From the IMG/VR virus record IMGVR_UViG_3300029247_000019: a stretch of 32,405 bases of DNA. One strand, written 5' to 3'. Shown in pieces: positions 15,910-23,233 of the stretch. Positions within the stretch are counted from its first letter, which is position 1. The number at the start of each line of letters is the position of its first letter. A model generated the notes under the pieces. It saw nothing but the letters and a program-made list of their open reading frames with translations. It was not told the origin of the DNA and made no database searches. A program made the translations under genes and the position numbers. This DNA comes from a virus.

Positions 15910-16268
15910 AGGACGCCAAAGAGCCTGAGGATAATATCGGCAACGCTGGAAATGAGGGCAACAACAGCAATGACCATGGTAGTCTCCGCGCGGCGGTTTT
16001 CACGAGCTGCGGATTCCACGGCTTCAATCTCAAATCTTCCGATATCTGTGATTCTGCAGCCGCGATTGTCGGCACCAAAATAAACCACGCAGTCAGATTT
16101 CACCAAATCGGAAAGCAAGCTTGAATCCAGACCGAGGTCAGAGACGAACTTCTTAGCGATCTCGGTGTTCGCCGCCTCGCTCCGCTTCTCTTCCTTATCC
16201 TCTAAAAACACACTGGACTGTATGTATTTCAAAAGTTTATATCCGTTAGCACTTACCACAACAATCAC
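15906..16268 (-). CDS. Hypothetical tail-anchored membrane protein, antisense to the early operon
   Basis: About 120 aa. Only GTG starts are available (16268 or 16259), so the start is uncertain. C-terminal TM is MVIAVVALISSVADIILRLFGVL. Preceded by repeat copy B, which carries a TTGCCT-17-TATAAT promoter. Confidence 0.6.
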   Translation of the reverse strand: MIVVVSANGYKLLKYIQSSVFLEDKEEKRSEAANTEIAKKFVSDLGLDSSLLSDLVKSDCVVYFGADNRGCRITDIGRFEIEAVESAARENRRAETTMVIAVVALISSVADIILRLFGVL

Positions 16269-16320
16269 CCCATTTCCCGCTGCATTATATCAGCTCCGGG
16301 AGCGGGAGGCAACGAAAGGA
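16263..16320. repeat. 58-bp dispersed repeat, copy B
   Basis: AATCACCCCATTTCCCGCTGCATTATATCAGCTCCGGGAGCGGGAGGCAACGAAAGGA; 7 mismatches to copy A. Confidence 0.9.
16284..16312 (-). promoter_or_regulatory. Promoter for antisense gene 15906-16268
   Basis: Minus strand reads TTGCCT-CCCGCTCCCGGAGCTGA(17)-TATAAT. Confidence 0.55.
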
Positions 16321-16330
16321 GAACAACATT

Positions 16331-16501
16331 ATGAGCGATCAGGAAAAAAGAGCCATGCGCCTTGAAATGGCCGAGAAGATAAGCAATCTGCCGGATGAAT
16401 ATGTCCGCACCCTGCTTGACCGTGCCACCGGCGCAAAGGATATGTACGACATGATGTGCGGGCAGCAGCCCGCACCCGCAGCACAGGAGGCGGGGAGATG
16501 A
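16331..16501 (+). CDS. Hypothetical small protein (56 aa)
   Basis: AAAGGAG lies 8 nt upstream, inside repeat copy B. Reads MSDQEKRAMRLEMAEKISNLPDEYVRTLLDRATGAKDMYDMMCGQQPAPAAQEAGR. Confidence 0.5.
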   Translation: MSDQEKRAMRLEMAEKISNLPDEYVRTLLDRATGAKDMYDMMCGQQPAPAAQEAGR

Positions 16502-16677
16502 TAGTAATGACCCGAACGGGTGAAGTCATTGCTCCACCCATGCCGAGCGAGCCGCAGCGGCGCGCCGCGCAGCAGGATACGCTATGGGCGGAGGTGTTCC
16601 GGGCATACCTCCGCCGTCACCCCGAGGCGCTCGATGCGCTGGAGGAGGACACGGAATGTATAAGCACGTGCTGCTGA
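16498..16677 (+). CDS. Hypothetical small protein (59 aa)
   Basis: ATGA overlap with the previous stop and AGGAGG upstream. Reads MIVMTRTGEVIAPPMPSEPQRRAAQQDTLWAEVFRAYLRRHPEALDALEEDTECISTCC. Confidence 0.5.
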   Translation: MIVMTRTGEVIAPPMPSEPQRRAAQQDTLWAEVFRAYLRRHPEALDALEEDTECISTCC

Positions 16678-16913
16678 AAGAACCCGGTACTGACCGGATA
16701 CTGATAGTTGAGAGCTCCGGGACGCTCAAGGAGCGGAGAGCCAAGAACTATCTGAAAGCCGGGTGGGAGCAGGTCGGCCAGATTGAAAGCCCTATGCACG
16801 ATTTCGAGTTGACCGCCGGGCTTACATCCGAGTTTCGCACCAAGCATGAGAAAATCCTCAAGAACCTCGTTCAGGCGGACGCTGCCCTGCGTATCGCCAT
16901 GGGGCAAATTTAA
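16656..16913 (+). CDS. Hypothetical protein
   Basis: ATG at 16656 after GGAGGAGG. 85 aa, MYKHVLLKEPGTDRILIVESSG... Confidence 0.6.
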   Translation: MYKHVLLKEPGTDRILIVESSGTLKERRAKNYLKAGWEQVGQIESPMHDFELTAGLTSEFRTKHEKILKNLVQADAALRIAMGQI

Positions 16914-16928
16914 TAAGGAGATGGAGCA

Positions 16929-17195
16929 ATGAGCACAGGGACGATGTGCCTGCTTGTATCGGTGGGCGTTCTGATCCTCGCGATGATCTACTTGGATATC
17001 GTCGACGAGCGGTGGGCGAAGATCAAGGAACTTGCGGAGGAGCAGGGCTGGGCAGACCCGGCCAATGTACAGGAGCTGGACGAGCGCCCGCGCAGCCGCG
17101 CCGCGCACCGCCGCGGCAGACCGGCGCCGGCGCCGGCAGTGATGGACGCGCAGTACTTCACCATGCCGGATGGCGAGAGAGTGAGGCGTAGATGA
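16929..17195 (+). CDS. Hypothetical protein with an N-terminal TM helix
   Basis: 88 aa, AAGGAG 8 nt upstream. N-terminus MCLLVSVGVLILAMIYL. Confidence 0.6.
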   Translation: MSTGTMCLLVSVGVLILAMIYLDIVDERWAKIKELAEEQGWADPANVQELDERPRSRAAHRRGRPAPAPAVMDAQYFTMPDGERVRRR

Positions 17196-17434
17196 ACAAG
17201 CCCATTTACACCATGACGGACGCAGAGCTTCAGGCCGAGAACAACAACCTGCGCCGTGAGAATGACCGGCTCTGCAAGGCGCTTGCCGACATGGCCGAGG
17301 AGAACGCGGAGCTGCGCGCCAAGTATGACGGCATTGTGGCCGGCGTCAAGGCTCTCAAGAATAAGATCAGAGAGGAGGAGAAGAGGCATGCCGGAGGAAG
17401 AAAGAGCGGCGGGGCAGGAGCAGGAATGCTTTAA
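17192..17434 (+). CDS. Hypothetical coiled-coil protein
   Basis: 80 aa, ATGA overlap with the previous gene. Contains LQAENNNLRRENDRLCKALADMAEENAELRAKYD. Confidence 0.6.
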   Translation: MNKPIYTMTDAELQAENNNLRRENDRLCKALADMAEENAELRAKYDGIVAGVKALKNKIREEEKRHAGGRKSGGAGAGML

Positions 17435-17642
17435 GCTCCGCTCCTGCAAGCATAAGAACTGCAAGTACCGCGCGACCAGCAACAACGCATACGGCGTGTA
17501 CAACTGCGACTATGCTCTTGTGACCGGCCACACCCGCGCGGCGCAGCATCCCCCAGACAAGCGTCAGCCTGCGGACTGTATACTGTACGAGCCGCGCACC
17601 GGCAAGAAGCCACGGCGTAAGCCATTCACACAGACAGGATGA
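17388..17642 (+). CDS. Hypothetical Cys-rich protein
   Basis: ATG at 17388 after GAGGAGGAG. 84 aa, CFKLRSCKHKNCKYRA...YNCDYALVTGHTRA...DCILYE. Confidence 0.55.
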   Translation: MPEEERAAGQEQECFKLRSCKHKNCKYRATSNNAYGVYNCDYALVTGHTRAAQHPPDKRQPADCILYEPRTGKKPRRKPFTQTG

Positions 17643-17947
17643 GCACCAAGAAAAAGGATGCGTCCCGGCAGTACATAAGTCTCTGCCCCGATCACTACCG
17701 GAGATTTGATACCAAGCATTACCAACTGACCCACGAAGCAGACAACAGCAGCTGCGCATTTTGCGGACGCGCGGCAGCACAGTACAGTTTCATCCCCCGG
17801 TACGTGATCCAGCGTCAGCGGCAGCGCAGCGCTCCAGCGCGCAGCCGCGACACGCGGGCACAGTACCGGGGCGACTGGAGGGAACAGATATATGGAAACA
17901 ACAATGACAGCAGCGAGCGCCCGGAAGAAGATGCCCTGCCCTACTGA
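17639..17947 (+). CDS. Hypothetical protein (possible small zinc ribbon; 3' half low-complexity)
   Basis: ATGA overlap. N-terminus has LCPDHY...CAFCGR. Overlaps the VRR-NUC start by 56 nt, so the true end and extent are uncertain. Confidence 0.45.
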   Translation: MSTKKKDASRQYISLCPDHYRRFDTKHYQLTHEADNSSCAFCGRAAAQYSFIPRYVIQRQRQRSAPARSRDTRAQYRGDWREQIYGNNNDSSERPEEDALPY

Positions 17948-18305
17948 AGGAGTAGAGCAGGCCACGCTTTTCTCCTGGGCGCAGATGCGTACTTATTGGC
18001 ACCCGGAACTTAACCTGATGTTCCACATCCCGAACGGCGGGAAGCGGAGCAAGGCCGAGGCCGGGCGCTTCCGCGCCGAGGGCGTGAAGTCCGGCGTGCC
18101 GGACATCTGCCTGCCGGTAGCCCGCGGCGGCTATCACGGGCTGTTCATAGAGCTAAAGCGCCAGCACGGGAACACCACCACGAAGAATCAGAACACATGG
18201 CTTGCCGACCTGCGCGAGCAGGGCTACGCCGCTGCCGTGGCCTACGGCTGGGAGCAGGCGGCGAAGATCATTACAGACTATATGGAGGAAGAGTATGAAG
18301 CTTAA
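17892..18305 (+). CDS. VRR-NUC domain nuclease
   Basis: 137 aa, GGAGGGAA RBS. PD-(D/E)xK-type motif GVPDICLPVARGGYHGLFIELK followed by NQNTWLADLREQGY. Confidence 0.85.
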   Translation: METTMTAASARKKMPCPTEGVEQATLFSWAQMRTYWHPELNLMFHIPNGGKRSKAEAGRFRAEGVKSGVPDICLPVARGGYHGLFIELKRQHGNTTTKNQNTWLADLREQGYAAAVAYGWEQAAKIITDYMEEEYEA

Positions 18306-18888
18306 AGACATAGCCAAGCTGTGCAAAGCGCGCGGGATAATAACGCTCACGCCGGTGGGCGGCACGCAATGGATCGGCGACCTCGGTGCGGCTTTCCCCG
18401 CACTCGGTATGCCGTTCATGGATGAGGAGACCGTGGGCGTCTGCCTTGACTTCGACGAAAAGACCAGAGAGAAAGTCAAGGTCTGCAACATAACCTTTAC
18501 AGACTACGAGCTCGACGAATATGTAGAGGGAGACAAAGAGCTTACGAGCGTGCTGCTCAGGTTCCTTTACTACGGCAGGACAGTAGACGCATGGAGCACG
18601 GCGGACGGCGATGTAGTATTCCTCGACGCTGCGTACACAAAGCCACTGCTTGCAGATGATGATAGGACGCAACTGTTCGTCCGGCATAAAATCGGGCGGA
18701 GCTTCGGGTACGTGATCGGCAAATCCGGGATGTTTGTCACGGCAATCATAGAGCCTATGAGATTCCGGAACGACGATTCCGGGCGCGGTCTGTTCCTTTC
18801 ACACGCGCTGGCGCAGGTGCTGAACGAGGTGGACAAGCAGGTGAACACCGAGCCCGACACAGACCCGGAGACGGGCGAGATCGTATGA
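18295..18888 (+). CDS. Hypothetical protein
   Basis: ATG at 18295 after GGAGGAAGAG. 197 aa. The track ORF opens further upstream, inside the VRR-NUC gene. Confidence 0.65.
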   Translation: MKLKDIAKLCKARGIITLTPVGGTQWIGDLGAAFPALGMPFMDEETVGVCLDFDEKTREKVKVCNITFTDYELDEYVEGDKELTSVLLRFLYYGRTVDAWSTADGDVVFLDAAYTKPLLADDDRTQLFVRHKIGRSFGYVIGKSGMFVTAIIEPMRFRNDDSGRGLFLSHALAQVLNEVDKQVNTEPDTDPETGEIV

Positions 18889-19886
18889 GCGACCGGCTCA
18901 CACACCTGTCCTTATTCACCGGCATCGGCGGGCTTGACCTCGCTGCCGAGTGGGCAGGATTCACCACCGTAGGCCAGTGCGAATGGGCGGACTATCAGAC
19001 CAAGGTTCTTGAAAAGCACTGGCCGGATGTGCCGCGGTGGCGAGACATCAGAACCCTGACAAAGGAGAGCTTTTATGAGCGAACAGGATTACGAACAGTT
19101 GACGTTATTTCTGGCGGATTCCCATGTCAGCCATTCAGTGTGGCTGGAAAGCAAAAAGGCAAAGGGGACGACCGTTACCTCTGGCCTGAGATGCTCCGAG
19201 TTATCCGAGAGCTGCGCCCGCATTGCGTCGTCGGTGAGAACGTACCTGGAATCATCAAGATTGCCGCCGGGCAGGTGGTCAAGGATTTGGAGCGCGCTGG
19301 CTATAACGTCGTCGTGTTCAATTATGAAGCTGCGGCTGTCGGAGCTTGGCACAGAAGAAGCCGGGTCTTCTTTGTGGGCTACGCCGAACACGATGGACAG
19401 CATGGACTGCCGCAGCTACGAGGCAATGAAGAGACAGGCAACGAACGGCGGCAGGAAGAACCGGCGCCGCCCAAGCAATTTGAGGGAGCAGGTGAACCCG
19501 CTGATGTGTCAGGCATACGAGGATGCGAGCGCAGAAGCAAAGCTATGGCCGACTCCGACGGCAAGGGACAACAAGGGAGCGAACAGCCTGGAACATCTGA
19601 CGCAGCCGAAGACACCGGGGAATATCCACCACGTGGGTCAGCTGGCGAATGCTGTGAGGTTATACACTACACCATGCGCGGCGGACAGTCAGGGCAGCAC
19701 GGGCGGTGGGAATCACAGGAGCTTGCGGACGGACGTTGCTGGGCAGCTGAACCCGGCGTGGGTAGAGTGGTTAATGGGCTTCCCAATCGGGTGGACAGAC
19801 TTAAATGCTTAGGCAACGCTGTTGTTCCGCAGCAGGCGTACCCGATATTCAAAGCGCTAAAGGAGGAACTGACACGATGGGAATAA
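18885..19886 (+). CDS. DNA (cytosine-5) methyltransferase, frame A. Conserved motifs sit at both ends; the central ~120 aa is low-complexity.
   Basis: Motif [41 protein letters not shown], and the C-terminal [28 protein letters not shown]. Residues ~167-285 are G/E/Q/R-rich and look out of frame. Confidence 0.8.
   Translation: MSDRLTHLSLFTGIGGLDLAAEWAGFTTVGQCEWADYQTKVLEKHWPDVPRWRDIRTLTKESFYERTGLRTVDVISGGFPCQPFSVAGKQKGKGDDRYLWPEMLRVIRELRPHCVVGENVPGIIKIAAGQVVKDLERAGYNVVVFNYEAAAVGAWHRRSRVFFVGYAEHDGQHGLPQLRGNEETGNERRQEEPAPPKQFEGAGEPADVSGIRGCERRSKAMADSDGKGQQGSEQPGTSDAAEDTGEYPPRGSAGECCEVIHYTMRGGQSGQHGRWESQELADGRCWAAEPGVGRVVNGLPNRVDRLKCLGNAVVPQQAYPIFKALKEELTRWE
19075..19812 (+). CDS. Nested +1-frame ORF inside the methyltransferase gene, carrying TRD/motif-IX-like sequence (frame B). 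Status is unresolved: overlapping gene, recoded segment, or indel artefact.
   Basis: AAGGAG (19062-19067) lies 7 nt before the ATG. 245 aa with [27 protein letters not shown] and [18 protein letters not shown]-rich third positions. Confidence 0.5.
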   Translation: MSEQDYEQLTLFLADSHVSHSVWLESKKAKGTTVTSGLRCSELSESCARIASSVRTYLESSRLPPGRWSRIWSALAITSSCSIMKLRLSELGTEEAGSSLWATPNTMDSMDCRSYEAMKRQATNGGRKNRRRPSNLREQVNPLMCQAYEDASAEAKLWPTPTARDNKGANSLEHLTQPKTPGNIHHVGQLANAVRLYTTPCAADSQGSTGGGNHRSLRTDVAGQLNPAWVEWLMGFPIGWTDLNA

Positions 19887-20299
19887 AGAACTACACATCC
19901 AACGTGGATGCGTCTGTATCTCTCGGGGAGATACAGGCTGCTCTTGCGAGAGCGGGAGCACTTCAGATCATGGTTGACTACGATAACAGCGAGCCGCAGG
20001 CGGTATCATTCGGAATGATGGGGCCGTGCGGCAAGATAGGTTTCAAGCTCCCTGCCCCGGTCGAGGGCACGATGCAAGCCTTCACCCGGCAGAAAATCAA
20101 AGCGGACAAGGAGCAGGCCACGCGCACGGCGTGGCGCAACGTAAGGGACTGGGTACTTGCTCAGGTGGCGCTCATGGAGAGTTGTACTGTTGATGCTGCG
20201 CAGTGTTTTCTCCCCTACATGGTAGACCGCAGCGGCACGACATTGTACGAAGCCTATTCCAGCGGGCGGCTTATGCTCGGAAATGGAGAAGAGACATGA
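19877..20299 (+). CDS. Conserved hypothetical phage protein
   Basis: ATG at 19877 after AAGGAGG. 140 aa, [28 protein letters not shown]... Confidence 0.7.
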   Translation: MGIKNYTSNVDASVSLGEIQAALARAGALQIMVDYDNSEPQAVSFGMMGPCGKIGFKLPAPVEGTMQAFTRQKIKADKEQATRTAWRNVRDWVLAQVALMESCTVDAAQCFLPYMVDRSGTTLYEAYSSGRLMLGNGEET

Positions 20300-20619
20300 C
20301 ATACAAAGAAATCAGCGAAGCCCTGCGCGTCTGCGGCAGGGGAGAGTGCGACGGGTGCCTGATGCCTGAACAAGCGTGCGGCGCGCTGTGCACCGAGGCC
20401 GCATCCGCCCTTGAGAATCTGACAGAACTGGCAAGAGAGAACGATAAGAGGGAGGACGAAGCAGAAGAGAACGCCGCGAACCTCAAGCATAACCTTGCCT
20501 GCAAGCAGACGGAGAACAACATTCTGCGTGGAGAACTGCGCCGAATGTTCCAGCTCTACGTAGCCGCGGAGATGCGGGCGAACTCGGGCGTGAGCGAGGG
20601 GGTAGACGATGAACCTTAA
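20296..20619 (+). CDS. Hypothetical protein (Cys cluster plus coiled coil)
   Basis: ATGA overlap. 107 aa, RVCGRGECDGCLMPEQACGALC. Confidence 0.6.
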   Translation: MTYKEISEALRVCGRGECDGCLMPEQACGALCTEAASALENLTELARENDKREDEAEENAANLKHNLACKQTENNILRGELRRMFQLYVAAEMRANSGVSEGVDDEP

Positions 20620-20851
20620 CTATGAAATTAAATGCGTAAAAACTCGCGAGCTCCCCATTTTGAATCTATCTGACATTCCAACCGAGGGTGAGCCTTTCTT
20701 GCTTGTGACCGATTTTAAGTGGCACGGGATTCCGTGGTTCTTCACCCATAAGGTCTACCTATCAAACTGCAAACTCGATAGCAAAGAGGTTTCACTGACA
20801 TTTAAGATTATTCCCCCGGAGGAAGGAGAGCGCGAGGTTATCTCCTTTTAA
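20609..20851 (+). CDS. Hypothetical protein in an AT-rich patch (moron-like)
   Basis: 80 aa. Visibly lower GC than the flanks. Followed by about 55 nt of AT-rich spacer. Confidence 0.55.
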   Translation: MNLNYEIKCVKTRELPILNLSDIPTEGEPFLLVTDFKWHGIPWFFTHKVYLSNCKLDSKEVSLTFKIIPPEEGEREVISF

Positions 20852-20907
20852 GAAAAATTCACGATAATGAACGGAGACAATATGTAATTTGAGAAGGAGG
20901 ATTGACC

Positions 20908-21204
20908 ATGCCGATATACTACGAAGCCAAAGCATTAGAGCGGGCTATAGACGCCGCGCCGAGGATAACCCCAAGCACGAAGAGTGTGCTGAAGAAGATC
21001 ATACGCAGCGCGCCGGTAGCGGATGAGGTAGAGAAACTGCGCAAGGAGCGGGACGCTGCGGTAGAGACTTTAACAGAAGTGATGCGCGGCGCCGTTCTCG
21101 ATGGATGTCCCATTTGCAAGCATGCGATGAGTGATTTAATGAAAGAACCTTGCTCCCGCTGCATGAACGGCAGCAACTGGGAATGGAGGGCTGACAATGG
21201 CTGA
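20908..21204 (+). CDS. Hypothetical zinc-ribbon-like protein
   Basis: ATG at 20908, 7 nt after GAAGGAGG. 98 aa, CPICKH...CSRC. Confidence 0.6.
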   Translation: MPIYYEAKALERAIDAAPRITPSTKSVLKKIIRSAPVADEVEKLRKERDAAVETLTEVMRGAVLDGCPICKHAMSDLMKEPCSRCMNGSNWEWRADNG

Positions 21205-21442
21205 ATACTTCGAGCGGGAAACATTATTGGAGCGCGCAGAATACGACAATAATTACCGTCTCATTATCCCTGCGGAAGCAATAAAAGATGCCCCCGCCGC
21301 CGACGTGGCCCCGGTGGTGCGATGTGAGAACTGTACGAGTGGCATTATGTCAGATGACAATAAATACATAATTTGCTGTAGACTTGGCGTTGGTATGGAG
21401 CTTGATGGTTTTTGTTCGCACGGAGAAAGGAAAATAACATGA
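21197..21442 (+). CDS. Hypothetical Cys-rich protein
   Basis: 81 aa, VVRCENCTSG...CCRLG...FCSHGERK. Overlaps the neighbouring genes by a few nt. Confidence 0.6.
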   Translation: MAEYFERETLLERAEYDNNYRLIIPAEAIKDAPAADVAPVVRCENCTSGIMSDDNKYIICCRLGVGMELDGFCSHGERKIT

Positions 21443-21909
21443 GACTTACGACAGATACTCCACAAGGTAATTTGGAACAGTCGCTGAATCTGTTCTATGC
21501 CAAAGACGGCAAAACGTGGGTGCGCGGATACGGAGAGAACGGTACAGACATCGCCCTGCTTGATTTAATGCGAAAGCTTATATGCCGATATATGGAACCA
21601 GACGAGATTCCAGAAACCATGTCTGATGAGGATGTTATGTTTGCAATGGTGGATTGGCTGTATGGCGGAACCGATAGCATGGAGGGCGTGTTAGCACTTC
21701 TCTATCTTGCGGGGTGGGTATGCGCGGAGCTGCGCGAATTCCTCAAACGCTTTGAGGACAAGGAGAACGCCAATGGCCGATGGGTTCCGTTCCACAGTCA
21801 GGCCGCGGGGGATATTTGGTACTGTTCTGCTTGCGAAATTGGATTTGCTGCACGGATGAAATACTGCCCCAACTGCGGCGCGAAGATGGATCTGGAGGCA
21901 GGTGGATGA
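21439..21909 (+). CDS. Hypothetical protein with a C-terminal zinc ribbon
   Basis: ATG at 21439 (ATGA overlap). 156 aa, YCSACEIGFAARMKYCPNCGAKM. Confidence 0.65.
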   Translation: MRLTTDTPQGNLEQSLNLFYAKDGKTWVRGYGENGTDIALLDLMRKLICRYMEPDEIPETMSDEDVMFAMVDWLYGGTDSMEGVLALLYLAGWVCAELREFLKRFEDKENANGRWVPFHSQAAGDIWYCSACEIGFAARMKYCPNCGAKMDLEAGG

Positions 21910-22466
21910 AAGCGGTTTTAATCAGCATACGTCCGGAGTGGTGCGCGAAGATCGCGAGCGGCGAAAAGAAAATTGAGGTGCGGAAATCGCGCCCGAAGCT
22001 GACCCCACCATTTAAGGTGTACATCTATTGTACGAAGGACGCGAAGAAGCAATTTTGGACAGGCCCGAGGTATTCCTATGCGGACGATCACAGCCATAAC
22101 GCAATTGATAAATGCGGAAACGGTAAAGTCATTGGCGAATTCCTTTGCAATCAGATCATTGAGGATCACACGTTCGGCCACGATGAAAAGTTCTACAGTG
22201 CAGCCTGCATGAGCCCGTGCGATGTGGCGGCGTATGCAGTGCAGTCGCCAATGTACGGCTGGCACATCGCTAACGTGAAAATCTACGACAAACCGCGAAA
22301 GCTAAACGCGTTCTACAAGAAGTGCTCGGAGTACACGGAACTCGGCACAAATTGTTTCGACTGCAAGTACGAATGCGGGACTGACGAAGTTGAATGCGCT
22401 TCAGAGGGAAGATTGCATCTTCATTGTGCCCCGCAAAGCTGGTGTTATGTGGAGGAGCAGCAATGA
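21906..22466 (+). CDS. ASCH (PUA-like) domain protein
   Basis: ATG at 21906 (ATGA overlap). MKAVLISIRPEWCAKIASGEKKIEVRKSRP is the typical ASCH N-terminus. 186 aa. Confidence 0.75.
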   Translation: MKAVLISIRPEWCAKIASGEKKIEVRKSRPKLTPPFKVYIYCTKDAKKQFWTGPRYSYADDHSHNAIDKCGNGKVIGEFLCNQIIEDHTFGHDEKFYSAACMSPCDVAAYAVQSPMYGWHIANVKIYDKPRKLNAFYKKCSEYTELGTNCFDCKYECGTDEVECASEGRLHLHCAPQSWCYVEEQQ

Positions 22467-22555
22467 CCAAACATAAAAAGTGCTACGGCAAATGCGACCG
22501 CTGCGTGTGGAAGAACAACGGCGGCTGTTCAGAATGGAGGAGAATAAAATTATGA
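22463..22555 (+). CDS. Possible 30-aa Cys-rich micro-protein
   Basis: GGAGGAG lies 5 nt upstream. Reads MTKHKKCYGKCDRCVWKNNGGCSEWRRIKL. ATGA-type overlaps at both ends. Confidence 0.35.
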   Translation: MTKHKKCYGKCDRCVWKNNGGCSEWRRIKL

Positions 22556-22851
22556 GTTACGAAGACAACGGAAATAGCGTCGGCTGTGCACCGGCGGCGG
22601 GGACGCTTCAGGGGAGTGCAGCCACGCTTTCGAGCATGATGGATCAGGCCAATAACATGGCACAAGAAATTCTGATCATGGCACAAAAGATAAATGATCA
22701 CATGTTCGGCGAGAGCAACTCCGACAGAGATGAGGCGGAGCCTCCAATGTGCTTTCAAGATGTTCTTGCTAACCAGCTCAAGACGCTTAGCAAAGCGACG
22801 TGCGAGCTCACGGCGATAATGGATAAGCTGGGGGTGCAGATGGATGCCTGA
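22552..22851 (+). CDS. Hypothetical protein
   Basis: ATG at 22552 after GGAGGAG. 99 aa. Confidence 0.6.
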   Translation: MSYEDNGNSVGCAPAAGTLQGSAATLSSMMDQANNMAQEILIMAQKINDHMFGESNSDRDEAEPPMCFQDVLANQLKTLSKATCELTAIMDKLGVQMDA

Positions 22852-23050
22852 ATTAAAACCCTGCCCGTTTTGCGGGGAGAGCGGGTGCTCTGTTCACCTG
22901 CAAAAGATCATCTATGCCAATGAAGATTACAAACGTTGGGAAGTAATTTGCGAAGCCTGCGGCGCTGAGATGGCGGAGTTTGTTACACCGGAGCGGGCGA
23001 TCGAGGCATGGAACAGGAGAGCAAGCAATGACGGAGGAGCGGGAGCATAA
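22844..23050 (+). CDS. Lar-family restriction alleviation protein
   Basis: 68 aa. MPELKPCPFCGESG...VICEACGAEM...ERAIEAWNRRAS matches the Lar family pattern (LKPCPFCG ... C..CGA ... eAi.aWNrR). Confidence 0.75.
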   Translation: MPELKPCPFCGESGCSVHLQKIIYANEDYKRWEVICEACGAEMAEFVTPERAIEAWNRRASNDGGAGA

Positions 23051-23086
23051 CGCGCCCGCCCTCCCCGCAAGCACAAAGTAGATTGT

Positions 23087-23115
23087 AAGGTGCTGCCGCG
23101 GACCGGCAGCACCTT
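23087..23115. other. Strong hairpin 1 (12-bp stem, 5-nt loop), no T-run
   Basis: AAGGTGCTGCCG-CGGAC-CGGCAGCACCTT. Lies at the end of the early region, 119 nt upstream of the HUH gene. Confidence 0.85.
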
Positions 23116-23148
23116 AGAGCCCACTTTGAGGCGGAGGATATTGAAAAA

Positions 23149-23174
23149 GCAAACGCGCGCGCACGCGCGTTTGC
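23149..23174. other. Strong GC-rich hairpin 2 (11-bp stem, 4-nt loop)
   Basis: GCAAACGCGCG-CGCA-CGCGCGTTTGC. Preceded by AAAAA on the + strand, so a T-run follows only on the minus strand. Confidence 0.85.
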
Positions 23175-23233
23175 GAGCTCGGTAAGAGCCTAAGTAATCC
23201 GCCATTCTTTAATAGACAGAAGAGGAGAGCACC

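Noticed and set aside
16617-17965. Chain of minus-strand ORFs (133-171 aa) across the early small-gene region
   Set aside because: They lie opposite tightly coupled + strand ORFs that have good SD sequences. They are Arg/Ala/Leu-rich, and no promoter or RBS was seen.
19800-19806. C TTA AAT as a programmed -1 slippery site returning frame B to frame A in the methyltransferase
   Set aside because: It is not a canonical X XXY YYZ heptamer: P-site re-pairing TTA to CTT is poor, and no downstream structure was seen. It is kept only as one of several hypotheses in the main finding.
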